Assembly (NCBI GenBank): GCA_944387575.1
Contig: CALXFK010000043.1
Coordinates: 3,892-67,891 of the forward strand
Reading direction: 5' to 3'
Length of the DNA: 64,000 nt
DNA from: an uncultured Clostridia bacterium
GTDB taxonomy: Bacteria > Bacillota > Clostridia > Oscillospirales > JAAYOS01
Part shown: piece after piece, positions 38,986 through 48,399 of the stretch
Layout of the letters: each line of letters starts with the position of its first letter
Numbering within the stretch: the first letter of the stretch is position 1
Program-made: the position numbers and the translations under genes
Notes under the pieces: generated by a model
The model's database searches: none
Seen by the model: only the letters and a program-made list of their open reading frames with translations
What the model was told of the DNA's origin: nothing

Positions 38986-40824
38986 TCAGGTATTGCCGCT
39001 GGCAGACGCTCCCGCAGCCTCGTGCTGTGACAGTATCTTACGCTTGACCTCCCAGCGCGGCATTGGATGGTAAAACCGAAAACCCTGTATTACATCACAG
39101 TTTATCTTCTGCAATGCCTCTACCTGGCTGTCCTCCTCAACACCCTCTGCAAGGATTGTCATGTTGAGCTCATGACCAACCTGTATCATCCCCTTAAGCA
39201 CCGACATGCCGCTCGGGGTCATCATATGGTCGATGAGACTTTTCCCCAGTTTAATGCCGTTGATGGAGTATTTCTGCAAATCGTAAAAGGAAGTAAACCC
39301 CTCTCCGAAGTCGTCAAGGACCACCTGGACACCGTATTCTTGCAGCAAAGTGACGTTCTTCTGTATCTGCAGAACGTTTTCCACGTCCACACTTTCGGTG
39401 ATCTCCATTATGAGCAACTCTCTCGGAAAGGTATATCTGTTGATTATATTCTTTACATTTTTTACAAATTCGGGAGCAACAAATGTCTCCCGCGAGAAAT
39501 TGCACGAGATAAAGAAGGTGTCCACATTCTCATGCAGCAGTTCTTCCAAGAACCCGCACACCTCCTCCAGACAGTAGTAGTCGAGGCGGCTTATAGACTT
39601 TTCCCTCTCCATCAACGGAACGAACTCGCCCGATAGCAGCACGCCCCTCTGCGGATGGTTCCACCGCGACAGTGCCTCTCCCCCGACAACATCAAACGTA
39701 TGGGCATCTACATAGAACTGGAGATACAACTGGAACTCATGCTTCGAAAACGCATCGTCTATACTCGCCTGCAACAATTTTTCCTGCTGGATCCGCTCCA
39801 TCATTTCATTAGAGCACAGCACGTAGTCCTTCGCAGTCCGCTGAGCTTCATATGCACCTTGCAAGGCGTAGAACAGCATCTCGTTAAGATCCCAGTCCTG
39901 CTTTTTCAGCGGGTACACGCCCACATATATATCCACTTCAAGCAATTTCCAGCACTGCTCCGCATATTGGCGCACCCGCTCAAGGACAGGTTTAAGCCAC
40001 TCCTCCGTTCCGAGCGTACCGCTGGTAAACCGGAGCATCGCAAACCCTCGTTCGGAAACCCGGGCGAGGATATCGGTATCAGCCGCGTTCTCACGCAGGA
40101 ACGATGCACATTTCGAAACGAATTCGTCGGTCTCCTTTCCCCCGATAATCCGCCTGAGGTGATCGGTGTCCACATAGAAATAGAGAAGCTGATACAGCAC
40201 CTTGTTCTTATCGTTTACATACTGCCTGTAATACCGCTGAAACTGTTCCCCGTTTCCAAGTCCGGTGACCTCGTCTGTGTGTGCCTCGAGCCACAAGTTC
40301 CGCAGCCGTTTCCTGAAAGCGCGGACGAGCAGCGCTATCGTGCAGCCGAGCAGTACGACGACAAGCGCGAGCGATGCAATGACAAGGTGCAGGCTGTGCT
40401 CGTTATTTGGCGCGTCTCCGGCAGAGAGCAGCGCCCCGGTTATTTTCCCGGCGGGCAGAGAGGACAGAAAACCGGTCAGTTCCGCTCTGAATGTATCCGG
40501 GGTGGCGTCGGTAAAGTACAGGTAATATACCTGCTCCTCCCCTCCCATCGACGCGGTGAACAGAACGACCGAGCCGTCGTTTTCCGGAATCCTGTCGCCC
40601 TGCGCGTACCCGGACAGGAGGTCCACCTGATTGTTTACCGCGTAATCGGCACGATGGTCATCGCCGTCGGTTCCGTAATAAACGATGTCGTACCCGCTCT
40701 GCTCGGAAAATTCGCGCAGCAGCTGTGGGATGACCCCCTCGAACGTCTGCGTATCCCGGTCAAAATACTCCAGCGGGTACCCGTCCGGGTTTCCGGCGAC
40801 ATATATCAGAGTTTTCTGATTCAC
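38986..40824 (-). CDS. periplasmic-binding-like domain - TM - degenerate GGDEF - EAL phosphodiesterase
   Basis: N-terminus IYVAGNPDGYPLEYFD... resembles a type-3 solute-binding domain. The GGDEF site reads ARVSERGFAMLRF. EAL motifs are present (EALSRW, CNFS, MEITES, DDFGEGFTSF, AEGVEED, QGFRF). The GTG start lies 3 nt after the upstream stop. Confidence 0.8.
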   Translation of the reverse strand: MNQKTLIYVAGNPDGYPLEYFDRDTQTFEGVIPQLLREFSEQSGYDIVYYGTDGDDHRADYAVNNQVDLLSGYAQGDRIPENDGSVVLFTASMGGEEQVYYLYFTDATPDTFRAELTGFLSSLPAGKITGALLSAGDAPNNEHSLHLVIASLALVVVLLGCTIALLVRAFRKRLRNLWLEAHTDEVTGLGNGEQFQRYYRQYVNDKNKVLYQLLYFYVDTDHLRRIIGGKETDEFVSKCASFLRENAADTDILARVSERGFAMLRFTSGTLGTEEWLKPVLERVRQYAEQCWKLLEVDIYVGVYPLKKQDWDLNEMLFYALQGAYEAQRTAKDYVLCSNEMMERIQQEKLLQASIDDAFSKHEFQLYLQFYVDAHTFDVVGGEALSRWNHPQRGVLLSGEFVPLMEREKSISRLDYYCLEEVCGFLEELLHENVDTFFISCNFSRETFVAPEFVKNVKNIINRYTFPRELLIMEITESVDVENVLQIQKNVTLLQEYGVQVVLDDFGEGFTSFYDLQKYSINGIKLGKSLIDHMMTPSGMSVLKGMIQVGHELNMTILAEGVEEDSQVEALQKINCDVIQGFRFYHPMPRWEVKRKILSQHEAAGASASGNT

Positions 40825-40827
40825 GGT

Positions 40828-41340
40828 CTATTCCTCAGCCTCGTCTTTCCGTTCAAAAAGACCCATATTGCGGCGCGGACCGGTTGCCTCCACCGTTTCC
40901 ACCTGACGCGCAAAATCCTGCACCTGCCTGTTCATCCCGGAAACCATCTCTTCAAACACGTCATGCAGCGCTTTTATCTTGCCGCTGTACTGCTCGAGTT
41001 CCATGTATTTCGCGGATAGCTCCGCCTCCCACTCCTCTCTCTCCTTCTTCGCCTTAGCCTGCGCCTCCTGACGCACTGCTTCGGCGGAGCGGGTCGCTTC
41101 CATCATTGTGGAAGCAATGGTCATCTGCGCCGCTTTGTGCTTTTCAAGCTGCTCCTGTGCGCTCTGCAACTTAGCCTCCAGGTCGGCTATCCGCGCGCGG
41201 TACTGCTCCTCCGCCCTTTGATTTTCCGACACTTTCTCCGCCATCTTAGTAGCAAACTCATTTTCGATATAGCTGATATATTCGTAAACGCTCGTCTTTT
41301 TATATCCGAATAGCCCCTTTTTTATCTGATCCAACTGCAT
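40828..41340 (-). CDS. DivIVA-domain coiled-coil protein
   Basis: N-terminus LDQIKKGLFGYKKTSVYEYISYIE resembles the DivIVA/GpsB lipid-binding head, followed by a long heptad-rich helix. ATG sits behind GGAGG. Confidence 0.6.
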   Translation of the reverse strand: MQLDQIKKGLFGYKKTSVYEYISYIENEFATKMAEKVSENQRAEEQYRARIADLEAKLQSAQEQLEKHKAAQMTIASTMMEATRSAEAVRQEAQAKAKKEREEWEAELSAKYMELEQYSGKIKALHDVFEEMVSGMNRQVQDFARQVETVEATGPRRNMGLFERKDEAEE

Positions 41341-41370
41341 ATACAAACCTCCATTTTGAACTGTTGACCG

Positions 41371-42774
41371 TTATTTGAACTGTATTTGTTTTCGCTCGAT
41401 GCGACCCCAGGAGTGTTTCTTTTTCTTGTATCCGAATAGTGCCGTGGTCCGTATCCACGCAAGTATCATTCTCAGACAGGATACCTCGACCAAACATAGC
41501 ACAATCGCTTTGACAAAGTCGGAAAATGTTAGCTTCATATCAATCGTATGTACCCGGGCAAAGAAAGCTGTGAGCGACAGTATCGCGGAATATACAACGT
41601 ATGTCACGTAAAACAGGATCATGAACGGCACGTTGATGAGGTCGACCCAGAACGCGAGCGCCACCGTCAGGATGCCAAACACCTCAATGTACGGCGACAG
41701 CAGCTCATATATCAGGAAATACAGGTAGGACACCATCCCGACAAGTCCGTACTTGTGGTTTATGAACATGCGCCTGTGCATCACCATGCTCTGGAACAGC
41801 CCTATGTGCCAACGTCTGCGCTGCTTGCAGAGGTCTTTCATCTTCTCCGGCACCTGTGTCCAGCAGACCGCATCGGTGGCGTATCGTATGCGGTACGGTA
41901 TCCCGTTTTCACGGCAGTAGGCATGCATCTTGACAACAAGTTCCATGTCCTCCCCCATCGTCGAGGCGTCGTACCCACCGGCGTCTATTACCACATTCTT
42001 CTTGAAGAGTCCAAATGCGCCCGAAATTATAATGCTTCCGTTGAACCGGTCGAACAGTATGCGCGCGGCAAGAAACGACCGATCATATTCCAGGACCTGC
42101 ATGCTCGGTATTATCTTTTTCGGCATGTGGTACGAGACCACCCTGCCGTTCTTTATCTCGGCTCCGTTGCATGGGCGGACTACACCTCCAACCGCCACCA
42201 CGCGACTATCCTCTAGCACTGGTCGCACTATCTTTTCAAGCGAGTCGTACTGCAACACCGAGTCCGCGTCCATACAGATGAAGTACGGGTATTTGGATGC
42301 GTTTATCCCCATGTTCAGCGCGTCCGCCTTTCCGCCGTTCTTCTTGCGGATGAGCGTTATCGGTACCTTCCACTCGTAGCTCTCGTAGACTGCCTCCTCC
42401 GGCTGGCAGGGCACCTTCCTCTGTATTGGACGGCTTATCGCCTTCATGTTGAACGCCTCACACACCACTTTTGAGGTATTGTCCTTCGAACCGTCGTCCA
42501 CTATCACTATCTCGTACAGCTTGTACTCAAGCGCAAGCAATGACCGGATGCTCGCCTCTATCGTCACTTCCTCGTTATATGCCGGAACCACTATCGTGAC
42601 CGGAACATAGTACTCGCCCAGGAGTTCGCTTTTCAGTCTGTTTCTTCTCTTCATCTGGTAGAGCATAGACGACCCCACCGTCACCGCAAGAAACAGAAAG
42701 CTCGCATACCCTATCATGTACAGTATGAAGAAAACGCCTACATACTCAAAGAACTGCTTATATGCGTCCATCAC
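41371..42774 (-). CDS. processive family-2 glycosyltransferase (IcaA/PgaC/cellulose-synthase-like)
   Basis: VPAYNEE, VDDGSKDNT, CMDADS (DxD), GAFGLFKK and QRRRWHIG (QxxRW), with N- and C-terminal TM helices. Confidence 0.85.
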   Translation of the reverse strand: MMDAYKQFFEYVGVFFILYMIGYASFLFLAVTVGSSMLYQMKRRNRLKSELLGEYYVPVTIVVPAYNEEVTIEASIRSLLALEYKLYEIVIVDDGSKDNTSKVVCEAFNMKAISRPIQRKVPCQPEEAVYESYEWKVPITLIRKKNGGKADALNMGINASKYPYFICMDADSVLQYDSLEKIVRPVLEDSRVVAVGGVVRPCNGAEIKNGRVVSYHMPKKIIPSMQVLEYDRSFLAARILFDRFNGSIIISGAFGLFKKNVVIDAGGYDASTMGEDMELVVKMHAYCRENGIPYRIRYATDAVCWTQVPEKMKDLCKQRRRWHIGLFQSMVMHRRMFINHKYGLVGMVSYLYFLIYELLSPYIEVFGILTVALAFWVDLINVPFMILFYVTYVVYSAILSLTAFFARVHTIDMKLTFSDFVKAIVLCLVEVSCLRMILAWIRTTALFGYKKKKHSWGRIERKQIQFK

Positions 42775-42780
42775 GGCGCA

Positions 42781-43887
42781 CTACACCTCCGCACTCTGCA
42801 GCTTGCGAGACTCAAGCCGATACATCATCATTTCCCGCGCATAGCGGTCATTGCCCGCCGTTATATCTAAAATATCGCTGTAATCCACATTGTGGTGCTC
42901 GAGGCTCTGAGATGCAGAGTACCTGACGTACCAGTTCCCACTGTGCAGCGCCTCCTTCAGTGCGTCCACGACCTCCTGACCCGGATACGACGCAAGCGAG
43001 GACGCTGCCACCGTCGCATACTCCCACCTGCTCATGTCGCCGTCTAACACAAACCCAATCAGGTCATCCCGCGCCGGTCCATAGTAGTACTTCCCAAGAT
43101 ACCTTATCGCCGATAATCGCAGCTCGATATTCTCCGCGCGGTCGGTCATTATCGCGTACATCTCCTCCTTATAGTCGCCCGAACAGAAACGGATATAGTT
43201 CAATATCGCGAGCTTCATATGGTTCGAAAAACCAGAAAACTCTGACCACAACTGCGATATCAACTGCCCGTGATCCCCAGAATACGAGAGCAGACCCTCG
43301 GTTATCAGCTTATTGTGCATAAACACGTTTCCGTCGTCCGCAATTTTTATGGCGCGAACGACGTACTCCGGATTTGCCATGTGATAGAGCACCTTCAGCG
43401 CATTGAACCGGCAGTATAGATTCTCCTTTCGCACGTATTCGAGCAGGATATCCTGGAGCGAATCGACCGGCATCTGCCTACCCGCAGTATAGTTTGAGAG
43501 AAAATATGTAAAGTACCCCGCCTTGTCGTTTGCCTTATCGCGGTACACGAGCGCAAGATAGAGTATCGCCGGGCGTATCTGCCGAAGATATGTCTCCGCC
43601 AGCTCCGACTTTCCGGCGTCCCCCTCGTTTATTACCATATGAAACGCCATAAGATCGTTCACATGGCACAGCTTACGGCGCAGTACCGCGGCATGGCGCG
43701 GATCTATTTCACCGCTTCTGCGTATCTCGCTCAGCTGGAGCATCACCATCCGCTCAAATTTCTCCCGCCGCCGCTTCATACGCGGGACACTCCATTTTAG
43801 CATCATATTGTAGACGAAATTGAACATTATCATGCTCACGCACACTGCGCCATAGACGTATATCATCACCTCTATGTTCATCCACAA
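42781..43887 (-). CDS. membrane-anchored HEAT/ARM-like repeat protein, function unknown
   Basis: One N-terminal TM, then all-helical repeats. The C-terminus ALKEALHSGNWYVRYSASQSL is a HEAT-type repeat. Confidence 0.5.
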   Translation of the reverse strand: MWMNIEVMIYVYGAVCVSMIMFNFVYNMMLKWSVPRMKRRREKFERMVMLQLSEIRRSGEIDPRHAAVLRRKLCHVNDLMAFHMVINEGDAGKSELAETYLRQIRPAILYLALVYRDKANDKAGYFTYFLSNYTAGRQMPVDSLQDILLEYVRKENLYCRFNALKVLYHMANPEYVVRAIKIADDGNVFMHNKLITEGLLSYSGDHGQLISQLWSEFSGFSNHMKLAILNYIRFCSGDYKEEMYAIMTDRAENIELRLSAIRYLGKYYYGPARDDLIGFVLDGDMSRWEYATVAASSLASYPGQEVVDALKEALHSGNWYVRYSASQSLEHHNVDYSDILDITAGNDRYAREMMMYRLESRKLQSAEV

Positions 43888-43918
43888 CGCTCCTTTCAGC
43901 AGGCGGCATACTCACTTT

Positions 43919-46180
43919 TCAGTGTTCCCGCCAGTACTCCTGCAGGATAAAATACGACTCTTTCAGCCGCTCATGATAGCTTACCTGCTTACCCCAGCCG
44001 TCAAGACCGAACCCGAACATCTCTATCCGCTCCCCGCTCCCCGCGCGGGCGTCCCCTTCGACCGCTACTCCGACAAACATCTCGTCTATATGTATATACT
44101 CAACGCCGTAGTTTTCATAGTAATCGTCGTGTATCATCATCTCGGACGGGTTCGCAAAGTTCAAAAGCTGCCAGGGCAACCTTATCTCGATGAAGTCACC
44201 CGAGAAAATGAAGTCGGCAAGCGAATTGAAGTCCTCCGAATCCGGGTTTGCATTTCCGTAGGTGAACAGCCCTGTCTCATAAGTCTCCGCCGACGCAAGC
44301 CAGTTTCCGGTTATGAGCGGGGTCGCTGTTTGCAGCATCATGCGTATCTCCTTGAACACCAGGGTATCCGCATCCACGGTATCGAGAAACGGATCCATAT
44401 CGTGCGTCTCGTGATAGAACATGGCGCGCAGCACCTCATACCGCTCCTGGACAAGAATGCGGCTGTTCTCCTTGCCGTCTATGACTATCAGGAAGTCGCT
44501 CGCCCGCTCAAACGAGATGCCGTAGTTCTCGCAGTATGTGCTCCCGGTCTTGGGGGTGGTGTCTATCGGGATGTAAATTACATCCTCGTCCGGCGAAAAG
44601 TTCTCCTTCTCCACAAGGAAATATATGAACTTCTCATCGTACTTCATCGAGACGGTCAAGCCTTCCTCCTCGACCACGACATCCTCCGGCTCCCACTCTG
44701 AAGTATCTCCGTCCACGTAACAGACGCTCTCCTCGTCGCCCGGGTCAAACGTGAGCAGCCCGAAATACTGCTCGTTTGTCTGGTAGTCGCTCCAGTAGGG
44801 AGTGTTGTCCAGGTCAACCGCGTGCATAGTGTTCCAGGTGCGCTTGAACCACTCGTCCTGCCACGTGAAAACGCAGCTTCCCGCACACCCGGCAGCCATG
44901 ATTTCCTCGTAACACTCGATTATCGCCCGCCCCTGCTCATCCTCGGTCATATGCCCCTGGTTCCGACCGGTGTTGTAGTCGCGCTGAGCCATTCCCCGAC
45001 CGGTGGACACCCCATACTCGGATATGACCACCGGGACGGTGTGGTAGTTTGTAAGCGCCTTCAGATAGGTGTAGTAGGTATTCACCCTGCCGCTCCCGTC
45101 CAGATAGTCCGCGTCCTCCCCGCCCGGCAGATACTGCGTTATCAGGTTCTCGGGCGGCACTATCTCGTAGACGTCGTACGCCTCGCCGACGTCCGCTATG
45201 TTGTCCGGCAGGTCGCGGTTCAAATACATATACGTGAGATAGTCCGGGTAATACGGATAGACGTGATACGACGCAAAGTGTCCGGACAGGAAGGCGTCGG
45301 TGGTCTTTATATGCTCGACGTCCACCTTTGCGCACTTCATGAAAAAGCGGGTTATATCGCTTTGATAATCGAACGGATCGGTGGTGGGCCAGTTTGAAAA
45401 CGCCACAAGCCTCTGCTCCTTGTACCGCTCAGTCTCGTACTCTATTATTTTGTCCCCCACCTCGCAAAGCATCGCCTCAAACGGCGACGCATCCTCGGTC
45501 GTATACATGTACTCGCCCTGATACGAGTTGCGCTCCGGGTACTTGTTATTCGTGTACGTGACGGTCACATCCTCCCATTCTACCCCGAGGATATAACCTA
45601 TCACCCAGTCGGACACGTCCTTTCTGTACCTCCCCGAACCGACCCCGTACCCGAGGTTCAGATTTTTCTTGCCGTGAAGAATGTCCACCACCGTCCGGCA
45701 GTCGTCGAGCAGGGTCTGTCGAAAGTCGTCGTCATAGGCGTCGCGGTGCGAGTTCTGTACATAGTCGTTCACCCAGACCCCGTGAATTAGCCAGAGCGGC
45801 TCCTCCCCCGTGGCTTCCCGCTCGGTATTGTACTCATAAAATGCGTTGTAAAAGTCGTCCTGGAGAATAGTATACACCCGGAGAGTGTTCGCACCGAGCT
45901 CCTGTATCCACCCAAACCACCGTAGATAGGTCGCCCGGTCGATAGCATAGTCGGTCGCCCACTCCCCCGGGATCCCAACCCCCATGTTGACTCCGCGTAT
46001 CTCAAACGGCTTATAGACACCGTCGCGCTCCATGTATATCGTGTCCGCATCGGTATTCATGAAGGTGGTCACCGGCGCGTCCGGGTCGAGGTCAACATAG
46101 ATGCCAAGACGGTAATACGCAACGTTCCATGCGACAAAGAGCAGCACCAATATGCACACCACTATGATAAACTTTTTCAT
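43919..46180 (-). CDS. N-terminally anchored extracytoplasmic protein with a TIM-barrel glycoside-hydrolase-like domain plus C-terminal beta-rich domain
   Basis: Signal-anchor MKKFIIVVCILVLLFVAW. GANTLRVY, FSNWPTTDP and VISEYGVSTG resemble clan GH-A strands 4 and 7. Family not identified. Confidence 0.5.
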   Translation of the reverse strand: MKKFIIVVCILVLLFVAWNVAYYRLGIYVDLDPDAPVTTFMNTDADTIYMERDGVYKPFEIRGVNMGVGIPGEWATDYAIDRATYLRWFGWIQELGANTLRVYTILQDDFYNAFYEYNTEREATGEEPLWLIHGVWVNDYVQNSHRDAYDDDFRQTLLDDCRTVVDILHGKKNLNLGYGVGSGRYRKDVSDWVIGYILGVEWEDVTVTYTNNKYPERNSYQGEYMYTTEDASPFEAMLCEVGDKIIEYETERYKEQRLVAFSNWPTTDPFDYQSDITRFFMKCAKVDVEHIKTTDAFLSGHFASYHVYPYYPDYLTYMYLNRDLPDNIADVGEAYDVYEIVPPENLITQYLPGGEDADYLDGSGRVNTYYTYLKALTNYHTVPVVISEYGVSTGRGMAQRDYNTGRNQGHMTEDEQGRAIIECYEEIMAAGCAGSCVFTWQDEWFKRTWNTMHAVDLDNTPYWSDYQTNEQYFGLLTFDPGDEESVCYVDGDTSEWEPEDVVVEEEGLTVSMKYDEKFIYFLVEKENFSPDEDVIYIPIDTTPKTGSTYCENYGISFERASDFLIVIDGKENSRILVQERYEVLRAMFYHETHDMDPFLDTVDADTLVFKEIRMMLQTATPLITGNWLASAETYETGLFTYGNANPDSEDFNSLADFIFSGDFIEIRLPWQLLNFANPSEMMIHDDYYENYGVEYIHIDEMFVGVAVEGDARAGSGERIEMFGFGLDGWGKQVSYHERLKESYFILQEYWREH

Positions 46181-46198
46181 GGCACTGTTCTCCTTACT

Positions 46199-47671
46199 TT
46201 AGTGGTTGAATTTCTTGTTCTTCGACTCGTGACTGTACTGAAGCAGTATCTCGATATGTTCATCCATCCAGTCGCCCCGGTCATGGATGAAATCCTTCAA
46301 CTGGTCGACCGCATCATCGAAGTCCTCCGGGTTGCGCTCGGACGGCGACAGCGCCAGAAACTCATCAAACGTATATCCCCAAACCTCAAAATTCCGCTCT
46401 ATTGCAGGTCCCAGATACTCGATCACCTCGTCTATATATCCGAGCAGGTACTCCTCGCTCAGATAGCTGCGCCTCAGCTCGCGGTACTCGCTTATGATGC
46501 GCTTGACAAAGTATTCGTCCTTCATCAGCATGTAGTACCACACCGCCTGCTGCATCTCAAAGTGATGTGGCTCGACGGTCGTCTTTTCATAGTTGTTGCA
46601 TGCCGAGTTGAAGTCCCATATCACCATGTTGTACTTTCCGCGGATGTCCTTGTACAGATACGTTGAAAGCCACCCGGCGTCGTAGTTCGTAGTAAACTCG
46701 TTTATTATGAAGTACTCGACAAACGACCCGACGTCGATATCGAGGTAATAGCCATAGTCGTCGGTGTCGTAATCGTAGGAGTAGAGGCTCTTCTCAAAGT
46801 CGGAGAAATCCTGCTCAATCGCGTCCGCCATCTCCGCGGTCAGCGAACCCGAACGCGGATACTGTATGTTAAGTTTCTGGAGGTTTCTAATGGCGTGGTT
46901 GGTAAAGGTCATTATGTTCTTTAGCTCCGTACCGCTGCCGCGGTCCAGACGTATAACATACCCCGTACTCACCGTGCCGTCTATCGGCTCGCTTACGTTG
47001 ACGCGGCAGTCGTCTCCGTTCGTTATCGTCTCGGTCATCACGTAAAGCCCCTGGTACTCGCCATTAAGAATGACCTCGCAGAACCGGACATTCGGCGCAT
47101 AATCCATTATCTCGCCCGCAATGTTGTACCACATGTAGTTGCGTATGAGCGACTTGTCAAGGTACGGACCGTGCAGCGCCCACTCGTAGTGCGGGTCCAT
47201 ACCCATCATCTCCTCGCTGCGGTACTCACCATTCTTGCCGGTCAGCCGGAGCAGATAGCTCTTTTTGTCGAAAAACCGAGAGGAATTCCCGCGTATACGG
47301 ATAACGATGTCACTCTCAAGGTCGGGCTCGTCGGACGGATGGTGGTTATGTGCATCGTCGCTCATCACCGACATCTTCGCGCTCACCATCTCCTCGCCGG
47401 TTTCGGTCGTGGTATATCCTATCGCATGGTTGTTCTCATCGACGATAGGCTCGCCCGGCATCTCCACTCCGCCGGTGTCTATAACTACGAGCGGAAGATG
47501 TGTGCACAGCTCGCTCCGGTCACAGCTGCACCCCTCGTCAGGCTGGCGTGCAACAAGGTGTTGGTGTATACGGTTGGTCGGGTTTTCGCTGTCAATCGCG
47601 GTGGCGGTAAATACCCCGGCAAGCATTATCACAGCCAGCACAACGCCCGCTATGCGATACTTCACACACAC
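46199..47671 (-). CDS. cotH: CotH kinase-family protein (secreted/anchored)
   Basis: RIRGNSSRFFDKKSY.LRL, YMWYNIAGEIM.YAPN..F.EV.LNGEY.GLY and WDFN are CotH signatures. N-terminal signal/anchor. Confidence 0.85.
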   Translation of the reverse strand: MCVKYRIAGVVLAVIMLAGVFTATAIDSENPTNRIHQHLVARQPDEGCSCDRSELCTHLPLVVIDTGGVEMPGEPIVDENNHAIGYTTTETGEEMVSAKMSVMSDDAHNHHPSDEPDLESDIVIRIRGNSSRFFDKKSYLLRLTGKNGEYRSEEMMGMDPHYEWALHGPYLDKSLIRNYMWYNIAGEIMDYAPNVRFCEVILNGEYQGLYVMTETITNGDDCRVNVSEPIDGTVSTGYVIRLDRGSGTELKNIMTFTNHAIRNLQKLNIQYPRSGSLTAEMADAIEQDFSDFEKSLYSYDYDTDDYGYYLDIDVGSFVEYFIINEFTTNYDAGWLSTYLYKDIRGKYNMVIWDFNSACNNYEKTTVEPHHFEMQQAVWYYMLMKDEYFVKRIISEYRELRRSYLSEEYLLGYIDEVIEYLGPAIERNFEVWGYTFDEFLALSPSERNPEDFDDAVDQLKDFIHDRGDWMDEHIEILLQYSHESKNKKFNH

Positions 47672-47695
47672 CGCCTCCTCTCACTTCTCTGTGCG

Positions 47696-48385
47696 TCAAC
47701 TGCTTATCTCGTCGTTCTGCATCACAAGATTGCAGTACTCAATGTTCCCTATATCATAGATCGCGTCGGTTATACTCTTCGAACCGACATTCTTTTTTCT
47801 GCCACTTCTGTCGAGCACCCGTTTACTTATCTCGTAAATAAACTCTGCACTGTTCTCGGTCGTGTTCTTGACGCGGAGGTTTGCCTTGTGGGAAAAATAC
47901 TGGAACATCAGCGCCTCCACCCGCTCCTCGTTTACCCGCGAGGTGCGGAGGATGAGCAGCATCCTGTTGTCGTTCTTTATACGCCCGAAAATCAGCAGCA
48001 GCGCAAACGTAAACGCGCCGCCTATCCCCGCCGTAAGGTAGTCCCCGGCGCCGCAGCATATTCCGGTCACAATCGCCCAGAAGATATACACGGTGTCCCT
48101 CGAATCCTTAATCGCGGTGCGGAAACGGACTATCGAAAGCGCGCCCACCATACCAAGTGAAAGCGCGATATTGTTGCCGATAACTATCATTACGGCGGTA
48201 GTGACGACGGTGAGCGTCATCAGCGATACATTGAATTTCTTACTGTATATGCTCCCCTCGTGCGAGAGCATATAGGAAACGTATATAAAAAAGGAGATCC
48301 CGGTCGCCACGACCATGCGCATAACAATAGTGCTGAGACTGAGCTGCCCCGTACTCTCCAGCAGTTCCAGCAGTATCTCTCTCAT
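47696..48385 (-). CDS. DUF4956 membrane protein
   Basis: GALSIVRFRTAIKDSRDTVYIFWAI signature. The ATG at 48385 sits behind AGGAGGAGG; the ORF-track N-extension is rejected. Confidence 0.8.
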   Translation of the reverse strand: MREILLELLESTGQLSLSTIVMRMVVATGISFFIYVSYMLSHEGSIYSKKFNVSLMTLTVVTTAVMIVIGNNIALSLGMVGALSIVRFRTAIKDSRDTVYIFWAIVTGICCGAGDYLTAGIGGAFTFALLLIFGRIKNDNRMLLILRTSRVNEERVEALMFQYFSHKANLRVKNTTENSAEFIYEISKRVLDRSGRKKNVGSKSITDAIYDIGNIEYCNLVMQNDEISS

Positions 48386-48399
48386 ACAAAGCCTCCTCC

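Noticed and set aside
39655-41019. 454-aa plus-strand ORF
   Set aside because: It is antisense to the GGDEF*/EAL and DivIVA-like genes, has no RBS and no recognisable domain.
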